Assembly: GCA_964645875.1 (NCBI GenBank)
Contig: CAZYCX010000003.1
Location: 1-63,439, forward strand
Direction of reading: 5' to 3'
DNA from: an uncultured Acidimicrobiaceae bacterium
GTDB lineage: Bacteria > Actinomycetota > Acidimicrobiia > Spongiisociales > ZC4RG35
Length of the DNA stretch: 63,439 nt
In this document: positions 20,625 to 31,415 of the stretch, in pieces
Numbering within the stretch: the stretch's first letter is position 1
Layout: every line of letters begins with the position of its first letter
Translations under genes and position numbers: made by a program
Notes under the pieces: model-generated
Told to the model about the DNA's origin: nothing
The model's database searches: none
Seen by the model: only the letters and a program-made list of their open reading frames with translations

Positions 20625-20648
20625 CAGGGGTGATCTGAGAGCACCCTG
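20625..20648 (-). terminator. Hairpin downstream of the HD-GYP/LuxR gene
   Basis: caggggtg-atctgagag-caccctg forms 7 bp with one bulge, ~55 nt after the stop at 20702. On the minus strand it is followed by ...gagataattt. Confidence 0.3.
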
Positions 20649-20701
20649 CGCGGTGTCCGACCCGTGCGGCGTCCCGGGGTGACGAGACACCACGCGAGAG
20701 A

Positions 20702-22225
20702 TCAATCGAGGAGACGGTGCTCCATCGCGTACACGGCGGCCGCGGCGCGGCTGGAGACCCCGATCTTCGTGTAGATGTTCTCGACATGGCGCCCAACCGT
20801 CTTCGGTGAGATGAAGAGCCGATCGGCCATCTCCCGGTTGGTCAGCCCGCCGGACAGGAGCTCGAGCACCTCTAGCTCACGTTCGCTCAACCCATCGGGG
20901 TTCGAGGCGACCGGAAGGCTCTCTCCCCCGGCCGCAGCCACGACACATTCCACCGCCCGTTTGTCGAGCAGCCCCGAGTCGACTTCCTCACGCATCACGG
21001 CGGTCGCTTCATCCAGATCGAGCCGCTCCCGATGAGGGCGTGCCGAGGTGAGGGCGGCGAGCACGTCGGCCGCAGCGAGGATCCTCGCCGAGAACGTCAG
21101 CTCCTCCGACACCGATTGACGGTGATAACCGGATCCGTCGAGCCGCTCGTGATGGCTCGACGCCAGGTCGGCGAGCCCGGCGAGACCGCGACACCGGGTG
21201 AGGATTCGATGGGTCAGATATGGATGGAGCCTGACCTTCTCCGATTCGTCGATGGACAGTGGGCCCCCCTTGTCCCAGACACCGTTCTCGACACCAACCC
21301 GGCCCAAGTCGTGGACCAATCCCGCTCGACGCAATTCCACCGCCTCGTCGTCCGAGAGTGAGGCATCAAGCGCCGCACCCTCGGCCAGATCCGCGACTTT
21401 GGTGGAATGGCCCCGCGTCCACGGAGACTTGAGGTCGACGAAATCGGCCAGGACCCGGAGCGCGGTGTCGAGGTCGGAGACCATGGTCGGCGGTTTGGGC
21501 TCGGCCTCGATGATCTGTTCCCAATCCGCATCCTTGGACCAGTCGTCGATCTCATCGAGGGCATCGACCACCGTCGGGTCGTAGGACTTGCCGCGACGTC
21601 TCTGCAGGATCGCTCTCACATCCTCACCCGACCGGATGAACAGGTCGACGTCCTCGGCCACCACGGCGATGCGCGGTGCGACCGGGATCGCCTCACCCTC
21701 TACTCCCGCGGGATAGCCCTTCCCGTCCCAGCGCTCGTAGGTGGTCTCCAGAGACGCCAGCACGTCTCCTCCGAGACGGAGCCGGGCGGCGAGCATTGAA
21801 GCAACCTCACAATGGGCGGCGAGGCTCTCCGCCGTGGCACTGGTGTTCGCCATCGCGGTCCCGAAGAGTTTCGCCCTTCGCCATGGGGGAAGACCAGGAT
21901 CGACCGCCTGCCAACCGGCACGCATCATCTCGAAGACCGTCCCGTTGATCGCCGGCGCGAAGCTGGCGTTCGCCTGCTGGTCGTTGCCCCCGAACGACGT
22001 TGCCATCTCCGCCGAGTCGGCCGTGCAGCCGAGGAAGCGAAGCAGCGAGACGTGATGGACGGTGCGGACCGTCTCGTCGTCGAGTCCCATGACAGAGGCG
22101 AGGTCGACGGCCAGGAGACAGGTCCTCAACCCGTGCCCCAGCGGCTGTCCGGTGGCGAGATCGGTGGCCAGGGACAGCGAGCCCATGATCTCTGCCAGCC
22201 GGAGACGATCTTCTGAAGACGCCAT
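20702..22225 (-). CDS. Tandem HD-GYP-type domains (first degenerate) fused to a LuxR-family HTH
   Basis: Domain 1 has YERWDGKGYP but LLRFLGCT in place of the HD-x-GK motif. Domain 2 has GLVHDLGRVG and HHERLDGSGYHR. C-terminus LSERELEVLELLSGGLTNREMADRLFISPKTVGRHVENIYTKIGV. Confidence 0.88.
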   Translation of the reverse strand: MASSEDRLRLAEIMGSLSLATDLATGQPLGHGLRTCLLAVDLASVMGLDDETVRTVHHVSLLRFLGCTADSAEMATSFGGNDQQANASFAPAINGTVFEMMRAGWQAVDPGLPPWRRAKLFGTAMANTSATAESLAAHCEVASMLAARLRLGGDVLASLETTYERWDGKGYPAGVEGEAIPVAPRIAVVAEDVDLFIRSGEDVRAILQRRRGKSYDPTVVDALDEIDDWSKDADWEQIIEAEPKPPTMVSDLDTALRVLADFVDLKSPWTRGHSTKVADLAEGAALDASLSDDEAVELRRAGLVHDLGRVGVENGVWDKGGPLSIDESEKVRLHPYLTHRILTRCRGLAGLADLASSHHERLDGSGYHRQSVSEELTFSARILAAADVLAALTSARPHRERLDLDEATAVMREEVDSGLLDKRAVECVVAAAGGESLPVASNPDGLSERELEVLELLSGGLTNREMADRLFISPKTVGRHVENIYTKIGVSSRAAAAVYAMEHRLLD

Positions 22226-22360
22226 GCCCAGAACGTATACCGATGGTTGGCCGGACGCGCACCGAACCAGATTCGGGTGTCGTTCGAATTGGGGTGTTCA
22301 CCCGATGCGGTCAGGGCGCCGCCGGGATTACGTTCTGGCTCAAACCAAGGAGGCACTGAA

Positions 22361-22417
22361 GTGGCTACATCCGTGATGAGAACATGCGCTTGCCGCGAGA
22401 ACCGGGGAGCCAGCTGA
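22361..22417 (+). CDS. Candidate 18-codon leader ORF (VATSVMRTCACRENRGAS)
   Basis: The strongest SD in the region (aaggagg, 22347-22353) sits 7 nt before GTG 22361. Its TGA (22415-22417) overlaps ATG 22417 of the hydrolase (TGATG). Confidence 0.25.
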   Translation: MATSVMRTCACRENRGAS

Positions 22418-23220
22418 TGGTCCCTCGGGTATTGAGACACGAGGTCTCAGGGGAAGGTGATCCTCTGATCCTGGTACCGGGGGGACTGACCGGGTGGGTC
22501 TCGTGGATACCTCTCCAGGAGAGACTCGCCGGACGGTGGGCGGCGATCAGGGTTCAGCCGATCTACAACGAGCTCGGGTCGGCGGGACAGGCGCGTGACG
22601 CTGGTCACAGCCGCCACATCGAGGAGGAGAGCCTTCGCCTTACGCTCCAGCATCTGGGGATCGAGCGGGCCGACTTCGCCGGATGGTCGGCCGGAGGCAA
22701 GTTGCTCCTCGATTTCGCAGCCGGCCACCAAGACATCGTCCGCTCGCTGACGCTGATCGAGCCGGCGGTGTACTGGATTCTCGACGAGTTGGGGGAGACG
22801 GATCCCCGGCTCCGGGAGATCAACCGGTATCTGTGGGGGCTCGCAGGCCGTGAGATCACCGAGGCCGACCTGGCGGTCTTCCTCTCGTCGGCCGGATTCG
22901 TCGAGGGTCCGGGAGAGGTGCGTGACGATCCCTATTGGGAGCGGGCGCTCCCCCACCGGATGACACTGTCATGGCTCGACGAGGAATTCATGCGCTCGGA
23001 TCTGACTGTTGGTGACCTGTCGGAGGTCTGGAGCCCAACCCTCATCACCAAGGGCACTCTCACCGAGCCCTGGGAGCGGAGACTGGTCGACCTCCTCGGC
23101 GAGCATCTGCCCAATGCCCGGGTCGCCGAGTTCGCCGGCGGGCACGACCATCACATCGAGAACATCGAGGCTTTCCTCGCAGCAATGGGAGGTCACCTCC
23201 AGACGGCTGGCGCGGTCTGA
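22417..23220 (+). CDS. Alpha/beta hydrolase
   Basis: PLILVPGGLTGW, nucleophile elbow FAGWSAGG, C-terminal GGHDHH. An alternative in-frame start at ATG 22384 has no RBS. Confidence 0.85.
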   Translation: MVPRVLRHEVSGEGDPLILVPGGLTGWVSWIPLQERLAGRWAAIRVQPIYNELGSAGQARDAGHSRHIEEESLRLTLQHLGIERADFAGWSAGGKLLLDFAAGHQDIVRSLTLIEPAVYWILDELGETDPRLREINRYLWGLAGREITEADLAVFLSSAGFVEGPGEVRDDPYWERALPHRMTLSWLDEEFMRSDLTVGDLSEVWSPTLITKGTLTEPWERRLVDLLGEHLPNARVAEFAGGHDHHIENIEAFLAAMGGHLQTAGAV

Positions 23221-23224
23221 GGTA

Positions 23225-23761
23225 TCAGCCCATCTTCTTCCGGATCCGACCCACGGTGAGCCAGGTCCTCGAGGTGAGATCCTTTCCGAAGAGGTCTTCG
23301 ATCCACCCCATGACGCTCGGGGTTCGAGTCGTGGTGGTGTCGGTCACGGAGAACAACTCGCGGTCGGTGGCCCCCACCAACCGGAACGATGGGTCATCGG
23401 GTTGATGGGGGAGGGCGAAGTCGATGGCGAGGGAGCGCTTGGCGAAAGTCACCAGCAAGTAGGTCTCCTTCCCATGCTCGAGCCCGCCGAAGGGCTCGAG
23501 GGCGGTCAACCGCTCGAGGTCCTCGGCGGTTCGGACGATGGTGGTGCTCTCGAAGCCGAGCTCTTCGGGCCAAGCTCTCTCCAGGGTGGTCTCCAGCGCG
23601 GCGAGATCGTCGCTGTCCGTGTCGAAGACGACGTTCCCGCTCGAGATCACCGTGCTCACGTTGTCCAGACCGACGTCTTCGCAGACCCGGCGCAGATGCT
23701 CGTTTCGCATGTTCGGGTTGCCGGGCCCGATTCCTCTCAATAGGGCCACACATCGCGTCAT
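23225..23761 (-). CDS. DUF1697 family protein
   Basis: VALLRGIGPGNPNMRNEHLRRVCEDVGLDNVSTVISSGNVVFDT is the DUF1697 N-terminal signature. Confidence 0.85.
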   Translation of the reverse strand: MTRCVALLRGIGPGNPNMRNEHLRRVCEDVGLDNVSTVISSGNVVFDTDSDDLAALETTLERAWPEELGFESTTIVRTAEDLERLTALEPFGGLEHGKETYLLVTFAKRSLAIDFALPHQPDDPSFRLVGATDRELFSVTDTTTTRTPSVMGWIEDLFGKDLTSRTWLTVGRIRKKMG

Positions 23762-23861
23762 CGACCTTGGTTCTAGCGCATTTCGCCGGGCGCGGCACCC
23801 CGGAGCGGATGTCCGATTCGCTCACGGGGCCCGTTGCGGAGGACTATCGGGCGGGTGGGTC

Positions 23862-24500
23862 TCATCGGAGCTCACCGGCTGAGATCGTCTGTGCCTCTCC
23901 CATGGTCTCGCGCGCCTCGTTGGCTGCGAACACCGCCACGACCATGCCCGCCACCGGGTCGGCCCACCAGATGCCGAGGAATGCGTTGAGGGAAAGTCCC
24001 AGCAGCGTGCTCAGGGACAGGACACCATCGAGGAACGTGACTGTCGCCTCCGATGCGAGCGGCTCGGATCCGAGCAGCACCGCCGTCCGGCGCTTTGCCA
24101 TGGCGAGGCCGAACATGACCACGGCCGTCACGGCGAGGTAGGCGATACCGAACGGAGAGCCTTCGGCTCGACGTCCGCTGGCCAGATCGTTGACTGCCAC
24201 CAGGAGTATGGCCAGGGAGAGGGCCAGGAAGGCCACCGCGATCAGACGCAATGCCAGGCCGGTCGACTCCGTGTGCTCGCCGCCGGACGTCCTGCGAAGA
24301 TGCCAGACCACGACGGACGAAGCGAAGATCTCGACAACCGAGACCGTCCCGAAGCCGATCAACGCGACTGAGCCGGCTATGGACCCGAGGGCGATCGTGA
24401 AGACCGCTTCGCCCACATTCCAGGCGATGGTGGCGTACTCGAGCTTGAGGGCACGGCTCTGCAGTCGCGGATCTCGGATCTCGGTCGGGTCGGGGTTCAT
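23862..24500 (-). CDS. Cation diffusion facilitator-type cation efflux protein (membrane domain only)
   Basis: From MNPDPTEI (ATG 24500): LEYATIAWNVGEAV..., about six hydrophobic segments, WWADPVAG motif. No cytoplasmic C-terminal domain. The upstream ORF extension is Arg/Pro-rich and looks non-coding. Confidence 0.75.
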   Translation of the reverse strand: MNPDPTEIRDPRLQSRALKLEYATIAWNVGEAVFTIALGSIAGSVALIGFGTVSVVEIFASSVVVWHLRRTSGGEHTESTGLALRLIAVAFLALSLAILLVAVNDLASGRRAEGSPFGIAYLAVTAVVMFGLAMAKRRTAVLLGSEPLASEATVTFLDGVLSLSTLLGLSLNAFLGIWWADPVAGMVVAVFAANEARETMGEAQTISAGELR

Positions 24501-24832
24501 GGGGGTCGATGGGACCAAGCAGCCGTGGGAGGATGTCCGCACGGTACAGAACCGCGTAATCCGGGCCCAACGGGCGGTTCGCGGCGCCGACTGCGGTCGT
24601 CCCGGGTTCCGGTATGGTGCGACTCGATGAGCACGGTGCGGAGAGTGGTGCTGCGCCGTGGTCGCCGGGCCGGCTTCGGGCAGGGTGCTGTCTGAATAAC
24701 CTCCGAGGTTGATGATGCAGCCAGGGCGTGTCGACAATTCGAGAGCTAGGGGCTTGCGGGAGGGGGCGCAACCTGGAGAGAGCCCCAACCGGCGGCGAGT
24801 CGACCCGGTGACCCGGTGAGATAACGGCTGCA

Positions 24833-27166
24833 GTGATATCAGTACTCCTCTTCTGTGCCCTCGTGGCCGCTGTCTGCGGAGCGTTGGGCAGACGTCTGGG
24901 CACGCGGGTCTTCCTGCTCGGCGCACTGGCGCCTGCCGCCATGATCGCCTGGCTCGTCGTTGCCAGGTCGGGCGGCGAGGACGTCGTGACCGAGGGGCTG
25001 TCCTGGCTCCCCGTCCTGGGCTTGGACCTCGACTTCCGACTCGATGGTCTCGGCAGTCTGATGACGGTCCTGATCGGTGGGATCGGGGTTCTGATCTTTG
25101 TCTACGCGTGGCGATACTTCGGCTCGCGACCAGGCCTGGGCCGATTCGCGGCCTATTTGGTGACCTTCGCCACTTCGATGTTCGGGCTGGTGGTGGCGGA
25201 CAACTTCCTCCTCCTCTTCATCTTCTGGGAGCTCACGTCCATCACTTCCTACCTGTTGATCGGATTCGATGACGAGAGCGCCGCGGCACGCACCGGCGCC
25301 CTGCAGGCACTCCTGGTGACCGGCTTGGGTGGATTGGCGATGCTCGGTGGGATCGTCCTGATGGCCCAGGCCGGCGGGACCTACAGCTTGTCCGAGCTCC
25401 TCGCCGATCCTCCTACCCAGACGACGGCATTGGCCGGGCTGGCTCTCGTGCTGCTCGGCGCCTTCACCAAGTCGGCGCAGTTCCCCTTCCACTTCTGGCT
25501 TCCAGGTGCCATGAGTGCACCGACCCCGGTCAGCGCCTATCTGCACTCGGCCACCATGGTGAAGGCGGGGATCTATCTGATCGCCCGTCTCGCCCCTGTC
25601 TATGCGCTGCTGGTCTCCTGGTGGCGCCCCACCCTCGTCGTCGTCGGGCTCCTCACCATGCTGGTGGGAGGTTGGAGAGCCCTGACCCAGCGCGACCTGA
25701 AGCTGCTGCTGGCTCAGGGGACCGTCTCACAGCTCGGTTTCATCGTGGTGCTGGTCGGAGTCGGCATTCCCGAGCTCACGTTCGCCGGGGTGGCGATGAT
25801 CCTCGCCCACGCCATCTTCAAAGCTGCCCTCTTCATGGTGGCCGGGATCGTGGACCACCAGGCTCACACCCGCGACATCCGGCGTCTCAGTGGCCTCGGT
25901 CGCATGATGCCCGCCACGTTCGGCCTGGCCATCGTGGCCACCCTCTCGATGATGGGAGTCCCTGGCCTCCTGGGGTTCGTCAGCAAGGAGGCAGCCCTCG
26001 AGGGTTTGGTTCACGGGGGCCTGGGGTGGACCACCCTGGGTGTGGTCGCCGGGTCGGCGTTGACGGTCGCCTACGGGTTGCGCTTTCTGTCGGGTGGGTT
26101 CATGGCGAAGCCCGAGAGCCAGACCGACCAGCCGGTCGACGTCGGGATCTCTCCCCCTCGTCCCACGTTCTTGATCGCTCCGATCGTCCTGGTGGTGGTC
26201 ACGGTGGCGGTAGGACTGGCCCCGGCGCTGGTCGACGACATGGTCGTCTCAGCCGCGGGATCCGTCGACCCGGTGGCGACGCGGTACCACCTCGCCGCCT
26301 GGCATGGGCTCGGCGTCCCGGTCGGCTTGTCCGCTCTGGCCATCGCCGCGGGGTGGATGGTATGGCGGTGGCCCTTGCAGGGGCTTCGGCGGATCACCAG
26401 CCGGGCGCCCGATGCCACTCATGTCTATGCATCGACTCTCACCGGGATCAACCGGTTGGCCGACCGGGTCACGGCGGTGGTCCAGGGAGGCTCTCTGCCG
26501 GTGTATCTGGCTGTGATCATGGTGGTGACGGTGATAGCTCCGGGCATGCTGATCGTCAGGAATTGGCTCCCGCCGCCGGCCTTCACGTTCGCCGAGTCAC
26601 CCGTCCAGGGGGTTACCGCAGCGCTGGTCGTCGTGGCCGCGCTCGCCGCCATCGCCGCGAGCCGGAGGTTGGCCGCGGTTCTGTTCCTGGGAGCGGTCGG
26701 CTACGGGGTAGCCGTGCTCTTCGTCATTCAGGGCGCACCAGACCTCGCGCTGACACAACTCCTCATCGAGACCCTCGTCCTCACGCTGTTCATCCTGGTG
26801 TTGCGGGTCCTTCCCCGCAGGTTCGAGGTGGTCCAGTCACGTATCCGCAGAGTGGTGCGGATCGCGATCTCTTTGGGCGTGGGGGTGTTCGCCGGCGCAT
26901 TCGCCCTGATGGCCGCCGCCGGGCGGCAGGCACCATCACTCGCTGATGAGTACCTGAGCCGCGCCGAGCCGGAAGGAGGGGGGACGAACGTCGTCAACGT
27001 GATCCTCACCGACTTCAGGGCACTGGACACTCTCGGGGAGATAACCGTCCTCGCGGTGGTGGCCATGGGTGTGATGGCCCTGCTGATGGGGCGTCATCGC
27101 CCGGGAGGCGGCGACGGGGACGATGTCGATGGGCTCGTCGAGGGAGATCGGAGGCTCGACCGATGA
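24833..27166 (+). CDS. mrpA: Na+/H+ (monovalent cation/proton) antiporter subunit A
   Basis: 777 aa, NuoL-like polytopic protein (WELTSITSYLLIGF, FPFHFWLPGAM). Confidence 0.93.
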   Translation: MISVLLFCALVAAVCGALGRRLGTRVFLLGALAPAAMIAWLVVARSGGEDVVTEGLSWLPVLGLDLDFRLDGLGSLMTVLIGGIGVLIFVYAWRYFGSRPGLGRFAAYLVTFATSMFGLVVADNFLLLFIFWELTSITSYLLIGFDDESAAARTGALQALLVTGLGGLAMLGGIVLMAQAGGTYSLSELLADPPTQTTALAGLALVLLGAFTKSAQFPFHFWLPGAMSAPTPVSAYLHSATMVKAGIYLIARLAPVYALLVSWWRPTLVVVGLLTMLVGGWRALTQRDLKLLLAQGTVSQLGFIVVLVGVGIPELTFAGVAMILAHAIFKAALFMVAGIVDHQAHTRDIRRLSGLGRMMPATFGLAIVATLSMMGVPGLLGFVSKEAALEGLVHGGLGWTTLGVVAGSALTVAYGLRFLSGGFMAKPESQTDQPVDVGISPPRPTFLIAPIVLVVVTVAVGLAPALVDDMVVSAAGSVDPVATRYHLAAWHGLGVPVGLSALAIAAGWMVWRWPLQGLRRITSRAPDATHVYASTLTGINRLADRVTAVVQGGSLPVYLAVIMVVTVIAPGMLIVRNWLPPPAFTFAESPVQGVTAALVVVAALAAIAASRRLAAVLFLGAVGYGVAVLFVIQGAPDLALTQLLIETLVLTLFILVLRVLPRRFEVVQSRIRRVVRIAISLGVGVFAGAFALMAAAGRQAPSLADEYLSRAEPEGGGTNVVNVILTDFRALDTLGEITVLAVVAMGVMALLMGRHRPGGGDGDDVDGLVEGDRRLDR

Positions 27167-27594
27167 TCCACCGCTCGTTCATTCTCGACACGCTGGTCGA
27201 TGTGATCGTACGCACCGCACTGGTCTTCTCCTTGTTCCTCCTCTTCGCAGGTCACAACTCACCTGGCGGTGGTTTCGTAGCCGGCCTCGTCTTCGGCATT
27301 GCGCTGATCCTCAAGTACGTGGCTGGGGGCATCGAGCAGATGCAAGAGATCCTCCCGATGAGCGCCGAGACCATGCTCGCCTCGGGTCTCTCGTTGTCGA
27401 TACTCACCGGCATCGCCGGGTGGCTGTGGGGAGAGGCGTTCCTCGAGAGCACCTACATCGAAGTCGAACTTCCGCTTCTCGGCGCCCTCAAGGCCAGCTC
27501 CACGCTTCCGTTCGACATCGGCGTCTTTGCCATCGTGATCGGCCTGGTCGCCGCTCTGGTGGTCGCCTTCGGGACCGATGAGGACGTTGAATGA
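27163..27594 (+). CDS. mrpB: Antiporter subunit B (MnhB)
   Basis: 143 aa, GHNSPGGGFVAGL motif. ATGA overlap with mrpA. Confidence 0.9.
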   Translation: MIHRSFILDTLVDVIVRTALVFSLFLLFAGHNSPGGGFVAGLVFGIALILKYVAGGIEQMQEILPMSAETMLASGLSLSILTGIAGWLWGEAFLESTYIEVELPLLGALKASSTLPFDIGVFAIVIGLVAALVVAFGTDEDVE

Positions 27595-28003
27595 TCGTCG
27601 TCATGGTCCTCGCGGTGGCGGTCCTCTACGGGACGGGCGCATACCTGCTTCTGCAGCGGAATCTGAGCCGGATCGTCATTGGGCTCGCGCTGCTCGGCCA
27701 CGGCGCAAACCTGTTGTTGTTGATGGCAGGAGGGCGGGCGGGAGACGCCCCCCTCGTCGGCGAGAACGGCGGACCGTTCGCCGACCCCCTTCCGCAGGCC
27801 CTGGCCCTGACCGCGATCGTCATCACTTTCGGTGTGAGCGCGTTTCTGCTGGCCCTCGCGTATCGGAGTTGGACTCTGGCCCGGTCCGATGAGGTCGAAG
27901 ACGACATCGAAGACCGGCGCATCGCTGCGATGATCGCGGCCCGGCGGGCCGGCTCGGAATTCGACGACGACACGGGAGACGAGACCGGTGAGGAGCCCCC
28001 GCC

Positions 28004-28007
<4 letters not shown>
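27591..28007 (+). CDS. mrpC: Antiporter subunit C (NuoK-like) with acidic C-terminal tail
   Basis: YLLLQRNLSRIVIGLALLGHGANLLLL. ATGA overlap. Confidence 0.9.
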
Positions 28008-29493
<1,486 letters not shown>

Positions 29494-29497
<4 letters not shown>

Positions 29498-30009
29498 AAC
29501 GGGTTGTGATCGTGGCGTGGCTGACCGCGGTTTGGGTGACCCTGTGGGAGGCGCTCTCGTGGGCGAACATCCTGGGAGGGGTGGTGGTAGCGGGCGCCGT
29601 CGTCTATCTGCTGCCCCCAAAGGCGACCCGCTCCGAGACCGGCCTCAACCTGTTCGCCGCATTGAAGCTGCTCATCTACTTCATTCGGGAGTTGATCGCG
29701 GCCTCCGGCCAGGTCGCCTGGGAGGTGATCACACCGCGTAATCGGATCAACGCCGCCGTGGTGTCGGTTCGTCTCGACAGTCGGATCGCCGGCATCATCA
29801 CGTCTGTGGCCAGCATGGTGTCCCTCACTCCGGGGACGGTGACTCTCGAGGTCGACGAGGAGAACTCGACCCTGTTCATCCACGTCCTCCATCTCAAGTC
29901 CGTGGAACAGACCCGAGACTCGGTTCGTCGTCTCGAGCGTCTCACGATGGGGGCTTTCCCGGTCCGTTCAACAGCAACGCCCAGCTCGTCCGGGGAGGCT
30001 CCGACATGA
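29494..30009 (+). CDS. mrpE: Antiporter subunit E
   Basis: 171 aa, position and MnhE-like pattern (LTPGTVTLEVDEENSTLFIHVL). ATGA overlap. Confidence 0.85.
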
Positions 30010-30269
30010 TCGAAGTGGCCACTACGATCGCCTTCGCCCTGCTCGGCGTGGCGGCACTGCTCTGTGTGGTCAGGCTCGTGAGAGGGGAGGGGCTCGCCGA
30101 CCGCATCGTCGCTCTCGATACGCTGCTGCTCATGGTGGTCAGCGGCCTCGCCGTGCAGGCAGCCATCACCGGGGAGGACACTTATCTCGACGTCATGGTG
30201 GTGGCGGCCCTGCTCGCCTTCACCGGCACCGCCATGGTGGCCAACTTCATCGAGAGGAGAGGGTCGTGA
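30006..30269 (+). CDS. mrpF: Antiporter subunit F
   Basis: 87 aa, RLVRGEGLADRIVALDTL motif. ATGA overlap. Confidence 0.85.
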   Translation: MIEVATTIAFALLGVAALLCVVRLVRGEGLADRIVALDTLLLMVVSGLAVQAAITGEDTYLDVMVVAALLAFTGTAMVANFIERRGS

Positions 30270-30616
30270 TGGAACCGTTGGCCTCGATCCTCATCGTTGC
30301 TGGAGCCGTGCTCGCCCTTCTCGCCGCCTTCGGCCTGCAGCGGTTCGACGACGTGTTCGCCAGGATGCACTCCGCCACCAAGCCGGCGACACTCGGGCTG
30401 ATCCTCATCCTGTCGGGAGCAGCTTTCATCCTCCCGGTCCCCGGTGCGGTGGCCAAGCTCCTCCTCGTCGTCATGCTCCAGTTCATCACCGCACCCATCG
30501 CCGCCCATCTCGTCGGACGGGCCGCCTTCCGCACCGGCCAGGAACTGAGCCGGGACACGATGGTCGTCGAGGAGGCGGAGTACATAAACACTCACCCCAA
30601 GCTCATCGAAGAGTGA
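30266..30616 (+). CDS. mrpG: Antiporter subunit G
   Basis: 116 aa, FGLQRFDDVFARMHSATKPATLG motif. GTGA overlap. Confidence 0.88.
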   Translation: MMEPLASILIVAGAVLALLAAFGLQRFDDVFARMHSATKPATLGLILILSGAAFILPVPGAVAKLLLVVMLQFITAPIAAHLVGRAAFRTGQELSRDTMVVEEAEYINTHPKLIEE

Positions 30617-30623
30617 GTGTTGA

Positions 30624-31415
30624 TCAGCCGGCGCGGGCGGTGACCGTGACCGAGGTGGCGATACGGTCGTGGCGTGATTCGGGGACCAGCCTGCGCATCA
30701 GGTCGATGAGGTCGTCATCGAAGAGCGGATAGCCGCTGGCCTCGTCGATGCCGAATGGGACCCTTGCCACGACTTCGACATCGGTGAAACCCACCTTCTC
30801 CATTTTCGAGACGAAGACACGCTCCGCCAGGGCTCCCGACACTCACCCGGCCCAGGCCGACGGGTGCACGAGGATCTCCGATGGCAGTTCCTCCTCTTTG
30901 ATCGTCAGGTCGGATACGCACAGCCGACCACCTGGCCTCAGGATGCGTCTCGCCTCGGCGAAGACCCGGCTCTTTCGGGCGGTGAGATTGATGGTCCCGT
31001 TGGAGATGACCACGTCGGTCTCGGCGTCGTCGAAGGGCAGGTCGTCGATTTCCGCCCGGACGAATTCGACGTTCTCGTACCCCGAGTCGGCGGCGATGCG
31101 ACGAGCCCTCTGCACCATCGAGTCGAGGAAGTCGACCCCGATGACCGATCCGGCAGCACCCACCTCGTCGGAGGCGAGGAGAACGTCCATCCCCGCTCCA
31201 CAGCCGAGATCGACGACCGTCTCACCCTTCGAGAGTGCGGCATGGCGTACCGGGTCGCCCACTCCCATGGCCCACTGTCTCGCCTCCTCGGGGACGGCGG
31301 CGAGCTGCTCTGGGTCGTAGAGGCGGCCCGCCGGGTCGGCGGGGGCATCGACGGCGGTATAGGCGTCACGGACCAGAGCCTGGACCTCCTCCCTGTACAT
31401 GAGATCTCTGGTCAT
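30624..31415 (-). CDS. ArsM-fold SAM-dependent methyltransferase with in-frame TGA (30843-30845), candidate selenoprotein (MT1)
   Basis: SAM motif VVDLGCGAGMDVL and DVVISNGTINL. The two listed ORFs (30843..31415 and 30624..30842) are contiguous and in the same frame, separated only by TGA: ...HPSAWAG-TGA-VSGALAERVFVSKMEKVGFTDVEV..., which aligns to the ArsM motif W-x-G-C-[ILV]-A-G-A-L. The tail has good GC3 coding character. Confidence 0.7.
30810..30828 (-). promoter_or_regulatory. Candidate SECIS-like hairpin downstream of the MT1 UGA
   Basis: mRNA GGCGGAG-CGUGU-CUUCGUC forms 7 bp including one G-U. The apical loop starts 24 nt from the U of UGA. Confidence 0.35.

Noticed and set aside
20601-20700. 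TPP (thi-box) riboswitch suggested by GGGGTG..CTGAGA..ACCC upstream of a ThiB/FbpA-like importer
   Set aside because: The CTGAGA reading is on the plus strand, where there is no downstream plus-strand gene. On the relevant minus strand the motif reads CUCAGA, and the second half of the thi-box (ACCUGAUC.GG.UAAU.CC.GCG.AGGGA) is absent. The element is better explained as a simple terminator hairpin of the HD-GYP gene.
23814-23838. Possible additional degenerate copy of the 50-nt repeat (gaTTCGCTcacGGGGCCcgttgc)
   Set aside because: It shares only the TTCGCT...GGGGCC core and has no terminal inverted repeats. The similarity is too weak to call by eye.
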